Source: Candidatus Hadarchaeales archaeon
GTDB taxonomy: Archaea > Hadarchaeota > Hadarchaeia > Hadarchaeales > Hadarchaeaceae
DNA length: 33,927 nt
NCBI GenBank assembly: GCA_038872135.1
Contig: JAVZGN010000011.1
Span: 1-33,927, forward strand
Direction: 5' to 3'
Program-made: the position numbers and the translations under genes
Shown here: piece after piece, positions 18,125 to 26,936 of the stretch
How positions within the stretch are numbered: position 1 is the first letter of the stretch
Layout of the letters: the number at the start of each line of letters is the position of its first letter
The notes under the pieces: model-generated
What the model was told of the DNA's origin: nothing
The model's database searches: none
Seen by the model: the letters and a program-made list of their open reading frames with translations, nothing else

Positions 18125-19423
18125 CTATGGTTTTCTCCTGAGATAATCTTCAACCATCTTTATCGCGCAGAACTTTGAACACATACTGCAGAGCCTTGGG
18201 TCCATGACCGGGGGCATCCTCTTCCTGATTTCCCTCGCTCTCTCCGGGTCTATCGCCAGCTGGAACTGTTTTGCCCAGTCGAACCTCTTTCTCGCCATTG
18301 CCATTTCATCGTCTCTTTTCTTCCCAACCCCCTTCACGATGTCTGCGGCGTGAGCGGCAATCCTTGCCGCAATCACACCCTCCCTGACATCCTCTACAGT
18401 TGGGAGGGAGAGATGCTCTGAGGGAGTTACATAGCAGAGGAAGTCTGCTCCCGCCCACCCAGCGATAGCCCCACCTATCGCAGCAACTATGTGGTCGTAG
18501 CCTGGGGCGATATCTGTGACTAGTGGGCCCAAGACATAGAAGGGGGCGCCACCGCAGATGATCTTCTCCAGCTTCACATTAGCCTCTATTTGATCCATTG
18601 GAAGGTGTCCAGGCCCCTCGACTATCACCTGCACATCTTTTTCCCAGGCTCTTTTCGTCAGTTCTCCAATCGTGATTAACTCCTGGATCTGGGCAGCATC
18701 GGAGGCATCGGCTAGACACCCCGGGCGCATCCCGTCGCCGAGGCTCAGGGTCAGGTCAAATTCCTGGGCCACTTCAAGGAGATAGTCAAACTCGGCGTAG
18801 AGAGGATTTTCCCGCTCATTGTGGAGGATCCAGGCCGCCAGAAAGGAGCCGCCCCTGCTCACGATATCTAATAGCCTGCCGGTTTTCTGGAGAGACTCGA
18901 CAGCTTTTCTCGTCACACCACAGTGGACGGTTACAAAGTCTACCCCATCTTTCGCATGTTTTTTTATGGCGTTGAAAATGTCATCCGAGCTCATGGTTAT
19001 CACATCTCTTCCATGCTTTACAGCATCGGCAGCAGCTTGATAGATGGGGACGGTCCCAATTGGGACATCAACAGCTTTCAAAATTTTTTTCCTGATATCG
19101 TCAAGATTGCCGCCGATGCTGAGATCCATGACGGTGTCCGCCCCAAACTTCACAGCAGTTTTGGCCTTTTTTATCTCCTCCGCAGGCTGGATGTAATCAG
19201 GGGATGTCCCAACATTTGCATTCACTTTTGTCCTGAGGCCTTCCCCTATCCCCTTCAGAGAGATTTCCTTTCTTCTCACATTTTTTGGAATCACCACCTT
19301 CCCCGTCGCGACATTTTTTCTGATCGCCTCAGGTTTCACACCCTCTTCTTTAGCTACCGCTATCATCTCCTCGGTTATCTTTCCTCTCCTAGCTTCTCTC
19401 ATGAGCATCTTCTCAGAAAACAA
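18125..19423 (-). CDS. thiC: Phosphomethylpyrimidine synthase (ThiC family radical SAM)
   Basis: KVNANVGTS, ADTVMDLS, GTVPIYQ, SRGGS, SLGDGMRPG, EGPGH, CYVTPSEHL, C-terminal CSMCSKFC. A BzaF-type paralog is not excluded. Start may be ATG 19408. Confidence 0.9.
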   Translation of the reverse strand: MFSEKMLMREARRGKITEEMIAVAKEEGVKPEAIRKNVATGKVVIPKNVRRKEISLKGIGEGLRTKVNANVGTSPDYIQPAEEIKKAKTAVKFGADTVMDLSIGGNLDDIRKKILKAVDVPIGTVPIYQAAADAVKHGRDVITMSSDDIFNAIKKHAKDGVDFVTVHCGVTRKAVESLQKTGRLLDIVSRGGSFLAAWILHNERENPLYAEFDYLLEVAQEFDLTLSLGDGMRPGCLADASDAAQIQELITIGELTKRAWEKDVQVIVEGPGHLPMDQIEANVKLEKIICGGAPFYVLGPLVTDIAPGYDHIVAAIGGAIAGWAGADFLCYVTPSEHLSLPTVEDVREGVIAARIAAHAADIVKGVGKKRDDEMAMARKRFDWAKQFQLAIDPERAREIRKRMPPVMDPRLCSMCSKFCAIKMVEDYLRRKP

Positions 19424-19517
19424 TTAGTTGAAGGTCAAAAATAGTTGGTGGGGCGCCATTATTTGGCCGGCGTCACTCCAGCTCCGGTATTCAAGAGGGC
19501 GGACAATTTTGAAACTC

Positions 19518-19889
19518 CTAAAGAGACCAATGTTTGTGGTTTTCGGCCATGACCTCTTTCACTCCCGCACGGAGAGCGGAGGCCGCGTGAATAGCATCGT
19601 GACCAAGACCGGTTTTGGGAGCCAAACGGGCTGCATCGGTCAGAATCCCTTCATCGATCGGGATGAGCTTGAGGGAAAATGTGAAAAAAGCCCTGATGGC
19701 ACCGGCAACTATGCGCGGGTCGATTTCAGCAAGGGAGCCTAAGATCTCAACAGGAACCAAAAAGCTGCAGTAGGCCTCAATCTCCCCATCCCTGATGTCG
19801 TCGGTTATCTGCTTGCACGCCTTTCCATATGTTGGATGTTTCAGGGCCATATAATCGAAAATGTTTGCATCAATGTAACCTCGTCTCAC
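19518..19889 (-). CDS. vapC: PIN-domain VapC toxin, probably C-terminally frameshifted
   Basis: YIDANIF, VEI, DAIHAASA; a PIN-like tail (FKIVRPLEY) continues in another frame past the stop. Confidence 0.75.
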   Translation of the reverse strand: MRRGYIDANIFDYMALKHPTYGKACKQITDDIRDGEIEAYCSFLVPVEILGSLAEIDPRIVAGAIRAFFTFSLKLIPIDEGILTDAARLAPKTGLGHDAIHAASALRAGVKEVMAENHKHWSL

Positions 19890-20119
19890 CGCTTCACCCT
19901 TTTTCTTGTTTCATCGATCGGGCGAACAACATCGACATCCACCGGTTTTTCTGAAAAGCTCCAAAGAAACTCTGAGGGATCAGCGACACGCTGGGGGCAG
20001 GAGGATTATGCGTCCTCGATTCTCTTTCACCACGAGCCTGTCCCCTATCTTATCCCTAGGGCTGACCCTACACCTCGTGGGATAGGCACCTGATATTTTC
20101 GCGTTACTTTTACCTCCAT
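19886..20119 (-). pseudogene. AbrB/MazE-type antitoxin pseudogene (two compensating frameshifts)
   Basis: MEVKVTRKYQVPIP...ALGI / IGDRLVVKENRGRIILLP / QRVADPSEFLWS...RVKR in three segments; GTGA overlap with the vapC start. Confidence 0.8.
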
Positions 20120-20130
20120 CAGTAGAACGC

Positions 20131-20140
20131 AGTACGTACT
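20131..20140. promoter_or_regulatory. Perfect palindrome AGTACGTACT, candidate TA autoregulatory operator
   Basis: 10-bp palindrome 11 nt upstream of the antitoxin start codon. Confidence 0.4.
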
Positions 20141-20196
20141 ACAATAGAATGTTGGCGCGGCTCGGATTTTCCAGCTACTTTCAAGAAATGGGGCAT

Positions 20197-20215
20197 GCCC
20201 GCTGGGATTCGAACC
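20197..20215. repeat. att-like 19-bp direct repeat of the tRNA-Ile 3' region
   Basis: GCCCGCTGGGATTCGAACC is identical at 20197-20215 and 20739-20757. Confidence 0.8.
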
Positions 20216-20270
20216 TCGAGTTTTTAGAACACTTTTTAAGTTCTCGAAGCAATTAACATTGGCATTGAAT

Positions 20271-20489
20271 ATGATAAAGAAATTTAATGTTGTCGTGGAA
20301 AGAGACGAGGACGGGTATTATGTGGCGTCGGTGCCAGAGCTGCCGGGGTGCCATACTCAGGCGAAAACTTTGGATGAGTTAAGAACACGCATAGAAGAGG
20401 CGATCAAGTTATATATGGAAGTTGAAAAGGACGCTGCCGATGTTGTGACTGAATTTATCGGAGTGCAAGTAGTCGAGGTATCCGTTTAA
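20271..20489 (+). CDS. hicB: HicB family antitoxin (short, no DNA-binding domain)
   Basis: VERDEDGYYVASVPELPGCHTQAKTLDEL...EAIKLY. Confidence 0.92.
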   Translation: MIKKFNVVVERDEDGYYVASVPELPGCHTQAKTLDELRTRIEEAIKLYMEVEKDAADVVTEFIGVQVVEVSV

Positions 20490-20719
20490 TGAAGCTAAAA
20501 CCGATTGCTCCGGAAAAGCTCATCAAGGTGCTAGAAAAGACAGGATTCGCTATAGTGCGGCAAAGGGGAAGCCACGTATTTTTAAGACATTCCGATGGAA
20601 GAGCGACAATCGTGCCAATTCATAAAGGAGAAGAAATCGGGCGGGGCCTGCTAAGAAAGATAATGAAGGATGCCAAACTCTCGAGAGAGGAATTTCTGAA
20701 ACTACTTGAAGAACTTTAA
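20489..20719 (+). CDS. hicA: HicA family mRNA interferase toxin
   Basis: LEKTGF...RQRGSHVFLRH.DGR..IVPIH...IGRGLLRKI; catalytic His present. Confidence 0.92.
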   Translation: MKLKPIAPEKLIKVLEKTGFAIVRQRGSHVFLRHSDGRATIVPIHKGEEIGRGLLRKIMKDAKLSREEFLKLLEEL

Positions 20720-20732
20720 ACGCTGAGTGTAA

Positions 20733-20810
<78 letters not shown>

Positions 20811-20854
20811 TTCACTTCCATTTGCAGGTTTTTGGTTAAATAATCTCTGGAAGC

Positions 20855-21577
20855 TCACTTACTAAGTTTCTTTCCGCAGAAAGGACAGAATTCCGCTCCA
20901 GAAACTCCAATCTCAGAACCACAGAATGGACAGTATTTGGCTCCAGAAAGCTTCTTTCCTCCGCCTTCCACAGCTTTAGTTATCCTCTTCAGGTATGGGG
21001 CCTCCGCATATTCTTCCTGATATTTGAAGACGAGATCTTTTATCGCGAATGGCTCTTTCACCCCGTAGATGCATGTTGATGGTGTTGCCACCGGGACAGT
21101 TGTTCCTCCAACAGGTCCACCAACGATGATAGGACCACTTCTCATGCTTCCACCGACCCCCGTCTGCCACCCTCTCATCCCCAGACCCAAGCCCGATTTT
21201 GTTATCGGAATGACGTTTCCAAAACCAAACAATCTTCCGATTATCCCCTGATCAACGACAACATCGGAGAGATCATCATACTGGATTTGCCTTGAAGATA
21301 TTGTGATGAACCTCTTATAAATCACTATCCTCTTGTTTGTGAGAAAATAGGTGAAAGCTCTTGAATAGAAGATGAGCGCCACGATTAAAACAACCGCGAG
21401 GAGGATGAGGAATGCCCCGACCGGTGGGAAAAAGGTTGAAACGGCGATGCCAAAGACGAAGAAAATCCCGGCTAAGATGAAGTACGCTAGGAAAGCTAGC
21501 CTTTCCGGCTTGAGGGTTTTAAGCAGTTTTTCGTCGGGGAGAAGGGAGAATGGAGGCGATACAGTTTCTTCCGGCAT
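20855..21577 (-). CDS. Membrane protein with bacterial-type PH domain and C-terminal zinc ribbon
   Basis: Two TM helices, YFLTNKRI...I.Y..L.DV.VDQG..GRLFGFGNV (bPH-like), C-terminal CPFCG...CPFCG. Confidence 0.8.
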   Translation of the reverse strand: MPEETVSPPFSLLPDEKLLKTLKPERLAFLAYFILAGIFFVFGIAVSTFFPPVGAFLILLAVVLIVALIFYSRAFTYFLTNKRIVIYKRFITISSRQIQYDDLSDVVVDQGIIGRLFGFGNVIPITKSGLGLGMRGWQTGVGGSMRSGPIIVGGPVGGTTVPVATPSTCIYGVKEPFAIKDLVFKYQEEYAEAPYLKRITKAVEGGGKKLSGAKYCPFCGSEIGVSGAEFCPFCGKKLSK

Positions 21578-21769
21578 CAAGATAATGACTCCCCCATTCA
21601 TTTAAGTTTTGTCTCGAGTTCATCGAACCGCCGAGAAATTCTAAGATAGGTTGCCTGGTTGGCGAAATTGCTAGTTATCGTTAGCAGAATCGCCGCATTT
21701 GAACTATTGTGGCGTGCTGGGCTATTTTCACTTTATAAATAACCCTCACTCAAATCTTTGGCGGGGAAA

Positions 21770-22045
21770 ATGGATGTTCATCTTTCTAACATCATCAGGT
21801 CTATGAGGAGGGAGGGTCATTCAACCTCAGAAATCTACGATGTTCTGACGGGGGCGGGGCTTCCATGGCAGGAGGTTCAGCTTCTCATCGAGAGGGTGGA
21901 GCTTGAACTCCGGGAGATGAAGTTTGAAAGCCGCCCAGACCAGCTCAGGCGTTTGCTGGATGAGGCCTTCAGAGATCTTGAAAATAAAATCAACGCAAGG
22001 CTTGAAGCAATCGAGAAAAAGTTGGGTGAAAGGAAACGAAGATGA
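21770..22045 (+). CDS. Small hypothetical helical/coiled-coil protein
   Basis: Plausible ORF with a TTTATAAA box about 30 nt upstream; convergent with the pilin-like operon. Confidence 0.6.
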   Translation: MDVHLSNIIRSMRREGHSTSEIYDVLTGAGLPWQEVQLLIERVELELREMKFESRPDQLRRLLDEAFRDLENKINARLEAIEKKLGERKRR

Positions 22046-23902
22046 TCACACAATTTCAAAATATCTTGGGCTCATTATCACCACGGTTGTTCTGAACTCC
22101 TTTTCACCGAGAACCCATCGGTAGCTCAGAGGGGCATGGGAATGGCCGAGAATTGATGGCTGGAGGAGCGCTTGATTTTGGAAGTCAAAAATTCTCTCCA
22201 CCCCTCCCTCCATCTTTATCCTGACCTCCCACTGTCCCCACCAGAGAACTAGGTTGATGACCGGTAGGTAAATGGGAGTGGCAGATTTCGCCCCCAGCAT
22301 CCCCGCAAGGTCTTGCCTGGAGAACTTCACATCTCCTAGGTTAAGCTGGTGGAAAACTGAAAGCTCAGGCTCGTCCTTTATCGGCGGCGGTGGAGAGACC
22401 AGATAGATGTTTTCTCTGCTCAGACCCAGGTCATTCCATGAGGTTTTGAGAAACTCTCGGAAACTCTGGTCAAAAGGCTTGTAGCTTTCACCGGCCAGTT
22501 TCGCGATTTCTCTGAGTTCTCTACCGCCCCCTCCCAGAGCCATGAGGAGATTTGGAATAGTTTTTCCGCCCCCTTCGCTCACATAGATGGGGAGCCTTTT
22601 CCTCACCTCCCGCGGAGGATTGTCTTCATAGCTCTTCACCTCAACCCACTTAACGGGACCCTCATCTTTCAGCACAGCCAAAATTTTTTCTCTCGCTGAA
22701 GCCAGCCCCGACCCGGACATGTTTTCAGAAAGCAACACTTCTCCAATTGTTTTTGAGATAGCGTTGATGGCCCACTCAACCTGCTCTTTCATCGATGGCA
22801 GATCTTGATGGATGTTTCTCCGAAAGATTCCGGAGAGGAGCGCGTTCATGATCGGGTCTTTTGCTGAAAGAGACGCAGCATCCTCAAGGAAAAGATTGAG
22901 CTCCTTCTCGACTACATTCATCCTCGAGCAGGCCGCCCGGAGATTTTGAGAGGCCAGCCCCACTGTCGCCAAAAAATTCTCTCTGGAGTTGTCCCGCAGG
23001 TGCCCCTCCGCCAGCGCTAGCCCCTCGACGGTCTCCACCAAAAGCCTTTCAGCCTCTTTCAGCTTTTCTCCAGCCTTTTCCAACCTTTCCGCTAGAGCCT
23101 TCAGCCCCCCAGCCCAGTCCTGCTGTATTGATCTGCCAGAGAAAATGAGATTCTTAGCCTTCTCCCCGATTTCTGCCGCAGCACCGAGGTAGTCAAAGGA
23201 ACCAAATGTGTTGTACTCGTGAGCGGCCCAAGCCACCCTGAACAACTCTTTGCTCACCTCTTCATTCTGCTCAACAATTCCTGTGGTAATTGCTTCACCC
23301 CACCCCCTTCCATATTCTAAGGCCATCCAGACAAGGCTGACTTCATCAAGCCTCTCCAGAAATGTTCTCATCTTCTCTTGGAGGAGAAAATATCTTGCGT
23401 CTAGAAATGACTCGATTGCCCGGACGGGGATCTTCATCTTGAGGTTTCCATCCGGCGAGCTGTAGGATATCACCGCTTCTGGAAACTCCACCCTTACCTT
23501 TACATGTCTATTCTCTACCTCAGAGATCTCCACCCACGATTTATCCGGCTGAAAATCTAGGCCAATCCCGGCAACCCTCACAGATGCCTCGAGAGTTCTA
23601 ACCCCTGTGGAAAAATTCTTGGAGAGAAGATTCTTCACAGCCTCCAGTCGCTGTTCCTCAAAGAAATCACTTGCCCTTTTCCCAACTTCAACAAAAGCTT
23701 CGGCAGCAGCCCACCTCAAAATGGAGCTCATGCACCTCTTCACTTCCTCAATCCTTGAAAGGACTTCTGAGACAGTACAGCTTTCCAGAAATCGCATGTT
23801 TTTCCAATGCCTGACTGAGGTGCAGGTCCAGAGAATGCCAAGGACTAGGGCAGCCAAAATGGCGCCAACGAGAACGAAAGACGCAAAGCCTTTTTCATTC
23901 AC
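22046..23902 (-). CDS. Large pilin-like/adhesin protein with class III signal peptide
   Basis: True start GTG 23902: MNEKG|FASFVLVGAILAALVLGIL; GGAGGTG RBS; GTGA overlap with the upstream gene. Confidence 0.72.
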   Translation of the reverse strand: MNEKGFASFVLVGAILAALVLGILWTCTSVRHWKNMRFLESCTVSEVLSRIEEVKRCMSSILRWAAAEAFVEVGKRASDFFEEQRLEAVKNLLSKNFSTGVRTLEASVRVAGIGLDFQPDKSWVEISEVENRHVKVRVEFPEAVISYSSPDGNLKMKIPVRAIESFLDARYFLLQEKMRTFLERLDEVSLVWMALEYGRGWGEAITTGIVEQNEEVSKELFRVAWAAHEYNTFGSFDYLGAAAEIGEKAKNLIFSGRSIQQDWAGGLKALAERLEKAGEKLKEAERLLVETVEGLALAEGHLRDNSRENFLATVGLASQNLRAACSRMNVVEKELNLFLEDAASLSAKDPIMNALLSGIFRRNIHQDLPSMKEQVEWAINAISKTIGEVLLSENMSGSGLASAREKILAVLKDEGPVKWVEVKSYEDNPPREVRKRLPIYVSEGGGKTIPNLLMALGGGGRELREIAKLAGESYKPFDQSFREFLKTSWNDLGLSRENIYLVSPPPPIKDEPELSVFHQLNLGDVKFSRQDLAGMLGAKSATPIYLPVINLVLWWGQWEVRIKMEGGVERIFDFQNQALLQPSILGHSHAPLSYRWVLGEKEFRTTVVIMSPRYFEIV

Positions 23903-24435
23903 TTCGACCACACCTCCAGCTTCATCCTCACCGGAAGCCACAGGATCTCTCCGCCTTCCTTCGGAAATGGCGCCAGAAGGGTTGTTTCTTTGACCCAGAG
24001 AATGGCCCTAGAATTAGAGAGATTTTCTACCACGACTTCTTTGCTCTCAGTTCCAGCATAGAATCTGTAGGCAAACCGCCGCCCCAGGGTGTTGTCAAAA
24101 AACTCTCGGAGGTGTTTTTCCAGCTCTCTGTCAAAATCCCCTTTGAAACTCAGCGAAAACCCTTCAGCTATAAGATCCGCTAATGTGGTAAACTTGAGCT
24201 TTCTGGTTGGAAGAGTGGGCAGCAGAAGCCCACCCACTTCCGGCGAATATTGGAAATCCCTTGCTCTCGAGCCCAGCAGACTGGCGGTAATCCCCCTAGA
24301 ATAGGCCGCAGCATAGCTCCCCTGGTCGATCATCTTGGCTGTTGGGGCGAAAGAAACCAGCAGAACCATGAGTACAGAAACCACGGTTGCCAGCAGGAGA
24401 AGGTCGAAGATAGAGCTTATGCCACCCTCTTCCAC
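23899..24435 (-). CDS. Pilin-like protein (class III signal-like)
   Basis: MEEGG|ISSIFDLLLLATVVSVLMVLL; C-terminal beta strand VRMKLEVW; GGAGG RBS. Confidence 0.7.
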   Translation of the reverse strand: MEEGGISSIFDLLLLATVVSVLMVLLVSFAPTAKMIDQGSYAAAYSRGITASLLGSRARDFQYSPEVGGLLLPTLPTRKLKFTTLADLIAEGFSLSFKGDFDRELEKHLREFFDNTLGRRFAYRFYAGTESKEVVVENLSNSRAILWVKETTLLAPFPKEGGEILWLPVRMKLEVWSK

Positions 24436-24438
24436 TTT

Positions 24439-24843
24439 TCACGACCTCCAGACCGCCACCGAAAAAGTACAGGGGGCGGTTGAAAAATTGTCCAATCTAA
24501 ATGATCCCGGAAGCTCCACTTCAATCGCCCCAATTGGCTTTGCGCAGGTCTGCCATTCATAAATGGGCCTTCCCGCTAGGTCCACCACTTTCAGAGAGAA
24601 ACTCACGCCACTCTTCGCGGCCCCAGTGGCTTTTGCCACCAGCCAGAGTGACATCTCCTCCTTGGTTTTTTCCGCCATCTCTTCTCCAACCTCTCCGGCA
24701 ATCTCAAGGGCAATCTTGAAGTCCTCTGAAACGGCCTGGGAAATTTTGTAGGAATCATATGCCTTAGCCACGCCAATAGCAAACACCAAGAAAACCGCCA
24801 CCGCCAGGGCAAACGAGAATACATTCGTCCCGGTCAGGAACAT
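24439..24843 (-). CDS. Pilin-like / N-terminally anchored protein
   Basis: N-terminal hydrophobic helix, C-terminal FSVAVW; abuts the upstream stop. Cleavage motif is less clear. Confidence 0.62.
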   Translation of the reverse strand: MFLTGTNVFSFALAVAVFLVFAIGVAKAYDSYKISQAVSEDFKIALEIAGEVGEEMAEKTKEEMSLWLVAKATGAAKSGVSFSLKVVDLAGRPIYEWQTCAKPIGAIEVELPGSFRLDNFSTAPCTFSVAVWRS

Positions 24844-25326
24844 TTACACCAGCTCCAGCTTCATCTCCCTTTCAGGGGATGGAAAGAAAATTGAGAGAAG
24901 GGCTTGAAGGAGACCCCCGCGAGCAGATGCGCATTTGATGATTCTAAAACCCTTTGGATTCTCGGCAACCATTGAGAAATCCCCTCCATTCACTTTCTCT
25001 CCGAGCAGGGTTTCCCCGATAACTTTTCCCCTCCCAGCCACCGCGATCGAGATTTTTTGCTGCCCGCTCCAGCTCCCCTCGACGGAAACTCTGAAGTTCT
25101 GTGAAATTTCTGGAAGCGACCTGAAGAGCTCGGCATCTCCAGGAATCCTCTCACAATCCCTGAGCCCACCAACTATCGCACCTGCCACCGCTTCTAATTC
25201 TTCCAGAGATGACTGGCGCCGGAAGGCCGAAGAAAAGGAAATAACCAAAGAGATGAAGATGATTGAAGCGAGAAGGACCGCAGTCTTCACGACTAGGAAT
25301 TCACTCACGCCCCCTCCCTCGTTCAT
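24844..25326 (-). CDS. Pilin-like protein (class III signal-like)
   Basis: True start ATG 25326: MNEGG|GVSEFLVVKTAVLLASIIFISLV; ATGA overlap and GGAGGTG RBS. Confidence 0.7.
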   Translation of the reverse strand: MNEGGGVSEFLVVKTAVLLASIIFISLVISFSSAFRRQSSLEELEAVAGAIVGGLRDCERIPGDAELFRSLPEISQNFRVSVEGSWSGQQKISIAVAGRGKVIGETLLGEKVNGGDFSMVAENPKGFRIIKCASARGGLLQALLSIFFPSPEREMKLELV

Positions 25327-25730
25327 TTTTCCACACCTCCGACCTTGAATTTCAGCTGCCCATCGAAGTCTCTCCACAGCCAAATCTGGTGGATGCCTTC
25401 ACGGAGGGTAGTTGGTGCTGAAACTGGTATCGGGAGAAATTCTGCTTGGAGAATCGAGCCAGAAAGTCTCACCTGGGCAAATGTTCCCCATACATCTATC
25501 TCCGCCTCTCCATTCACTTCAATCGACCTCACGCCGCCCTCTCCCCCAAAGCTGAGGAGCTTCACCGCCTCAATGAAGTTGTTGAAATCTTCCACCGCTC
25601 GCCTGGCCTTTTCTACCCTCTCCACTCTCGCCAGAGATGCCGTTCCAACCGCCACCGCAGCTGTCGCGAGGATTGTCCCAAGGAGAAGAGAGACCGGCAG
25701 TGACCAGGCGCCAGCCTCCTCTTCCCTCAT
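25323..25730 (-). CDS. Pilin-like protein (class III signal-like)
   Basis: True start ATG 25730: MREEEAG|AWSLPVSLLLGTILATAAVAVG; GGEGGVRSI motif. Confidence 0.7.
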   Translation of the reverse strand: MREEEAGAWSLPVSLLLGTILATAAVAVGTASLARVERVEKARRAVEDFNNFIEAVKLLSFGGEGGVRSIEVNGEAEIDVWGTFAQVRLSGSILQAEFLPIPVSAPTTLREGIHQIWLWRDFDGQLKFKVGGVEK

Positions 25731-25732
25731 CC

Positions 25733-26098
25733 TCAGCCCACCGCCACCTCTCCTTCCCAAGGGATGTAGCCCTGATGGGTGACCCTCACTGTTGCAATCA
25801 CTCCCTTCGGAACGGTGAAGGTGTACTGGTTTGTTGTGCTTGAAAGCGTCTTTGCCTGCGAGCCCCCAGGATAGGAGACCTGAATAGTTGCTCCATAGAG
25901 TGGATCTCCGGTTCCGCCATCGAAGACCTTCACCGTCAGCTTGCCGTTGGATGCCGAGCACTGGACATTCATGTCCCTGACAACGCTTCTTTCAGCCGTC
26001 CCAACAAACTGAACCAGAACACCCATGCAGAGCATCCCCACGACCAGAGAGAGGACAAGCTTTATCGGGACATCCATCAGCTGCCCTTTTTCATCCAT
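25733..26098 (-). CDS. Type IV pilin-like protein with small beta-sandwich (carboxypeptidase-regulatory-like) domain
   Basis: MDEKG|QLMDVPIKLVLSLVVGMLCMGVL; TVKVFD..TGDPL.GATI; CTTATAAG box at 26131-26138. Confidence 0.75.
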   Translation of the reverse strand: MDEKGQLMDVPIKLVLSLVVGMLCMGVLVQFVGTAERSVVRDMNVQCSASNGKLTVKVFDGGTGDPLYGATIQVSYPGGSQAKTLSSTTNQYTFTVPKGVIATVRVTHQGYIPWEGEVAVG

Positions 26099-26188
26099 TT
26101 CTTTCCCGCCAAAGTTTTGCGAGGAGCTTGCTTATAAGGGGAGAAAAATCTGGTTCTTCCCCGAAGTTTTGTTGATTTGAGGTTTTTA

Positions 26189-26396
26189 CTACCAAGCCAA
26201 AAATTTTGGGCAGGCCTTCGTAGCAGCTCCTGTTAGTCCCACTCGGAGCAACGAGGATTTTCCAGTTCTCCTTATCCCCCTGATCACTATCATCCGCGTT
26301 TCAGCGCTTTTTAATTCCTGAACAAGCAACTCAAGCTCAGGTTCGAAATTGAAAAAAATCTTTCCGCGATTCTTTAACCCCAAGTTTGAAGTACAT
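26189..26396 (-). pseudogene. N-terminal relic of an archaeal AAA-type ATPase
   Basis: MYFKLGVKESRKDFF / NFEPELE...IRGIRRTGKSSLL (Walker A). Frameshift in a T7 run; truncated shortly after the P-loop. Confidence 0.75.
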
Positions 26397-26438
26397 TACT
26401 AACTTCCCCTGTTAGTAACTAACACCCCCTGTTATTAA
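26396..26438. promoter_or_regulatory. Tandem palindromic operator-like motif (20-bp period)
   Basis: TTACTAAC-ttcccct-GTTAGTAA followed by TAACTAAC-accccct-GTTATTAA, abutting the ATPase relic start. Confidence 0.55.
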
Positions 26439-26555
26439 AACATGCTGGCCTGCTGTAAAGCGGTAGTGAACCGTCCACCCCACACAGCACCGACACGAGC
26501 CGGCAACAAAGTCGCATAAAATCGGCGTTAAACTGCTCAGACATGAATAAAAAGA

Positions 26556-26631
26556 TGGAGCCGCCGGTGGGGATTGAACCCACGACCTATCGCTTACGAG
26601 GCGATCGCTCTACCGGCTGAGCTACGGCGGC
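26556..26631 (-). tRNA. tRNA-Thr(CGT), intronless, CCA encoded
   Basis: GCCGCCGTAGCTCAGCCGGTAGAGCG-ATCGC-CTCGTAA-GCGAT-AGGTC-GTGGG-TTCAATC-CCCAC-CGGCGGC-TCCA. Confidence 0.96.
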
Positions 26632-26705
26632 CCAGCATTATTTCTGTGGCAAGAGTAAAAAATGGTTCTGGAAGCTCTTAAATCTCCGAGGAGAAGATTT
26701 GATTG

Positions 26706-26927
26706 ATGGCGGAAAACTTCGAAGAAACCCTGACTTCCCTCCAGAGGAAAATTGACTTCATTCTGGAGAAACTCACCGACCTCGAACGCCGGATCTCGAA
26801 GCTCGAGGGAAAACCCATTGTAAGGGATCTCCAGCCTCAGCCGGTGGCCCAGGTCCAGCAAACGCAGCCCAGGAGCTATCTCATGAGGACAATAGCCTCA
26901 GTGAAAAAGAAATATGAAGGTAAGTAG
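26706..26927 (+). CDS. Small coiled-coil hypothetical protein
   Basis: Heptad pattern LQRKIDFILEKLTDLERRISKLEG; CTTAAA box and GAGGAG upstream. Confidence 0.6.
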   Translation: MAENFEETLTSLQRKIDFILEKLTDLERRISKLEGKPIVRDLQPQPVAQVQQTQPRSYLMRTIASVKKKYEGK

Positions 26928-26936
26928 GGTTTTGAG

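Noticed and set aside
19424-19520. TPP riboswitch upstream of thiC
   Set aside because: No CTGAGA-type aptamer core in the upstream region, which is occupied by the vapC tail.
26396-26438. CRISPR-like repeat
   Set aside because: Only two abutting units with no spacers and no cas genes; no CRISPR array was seen anywhere in the window.
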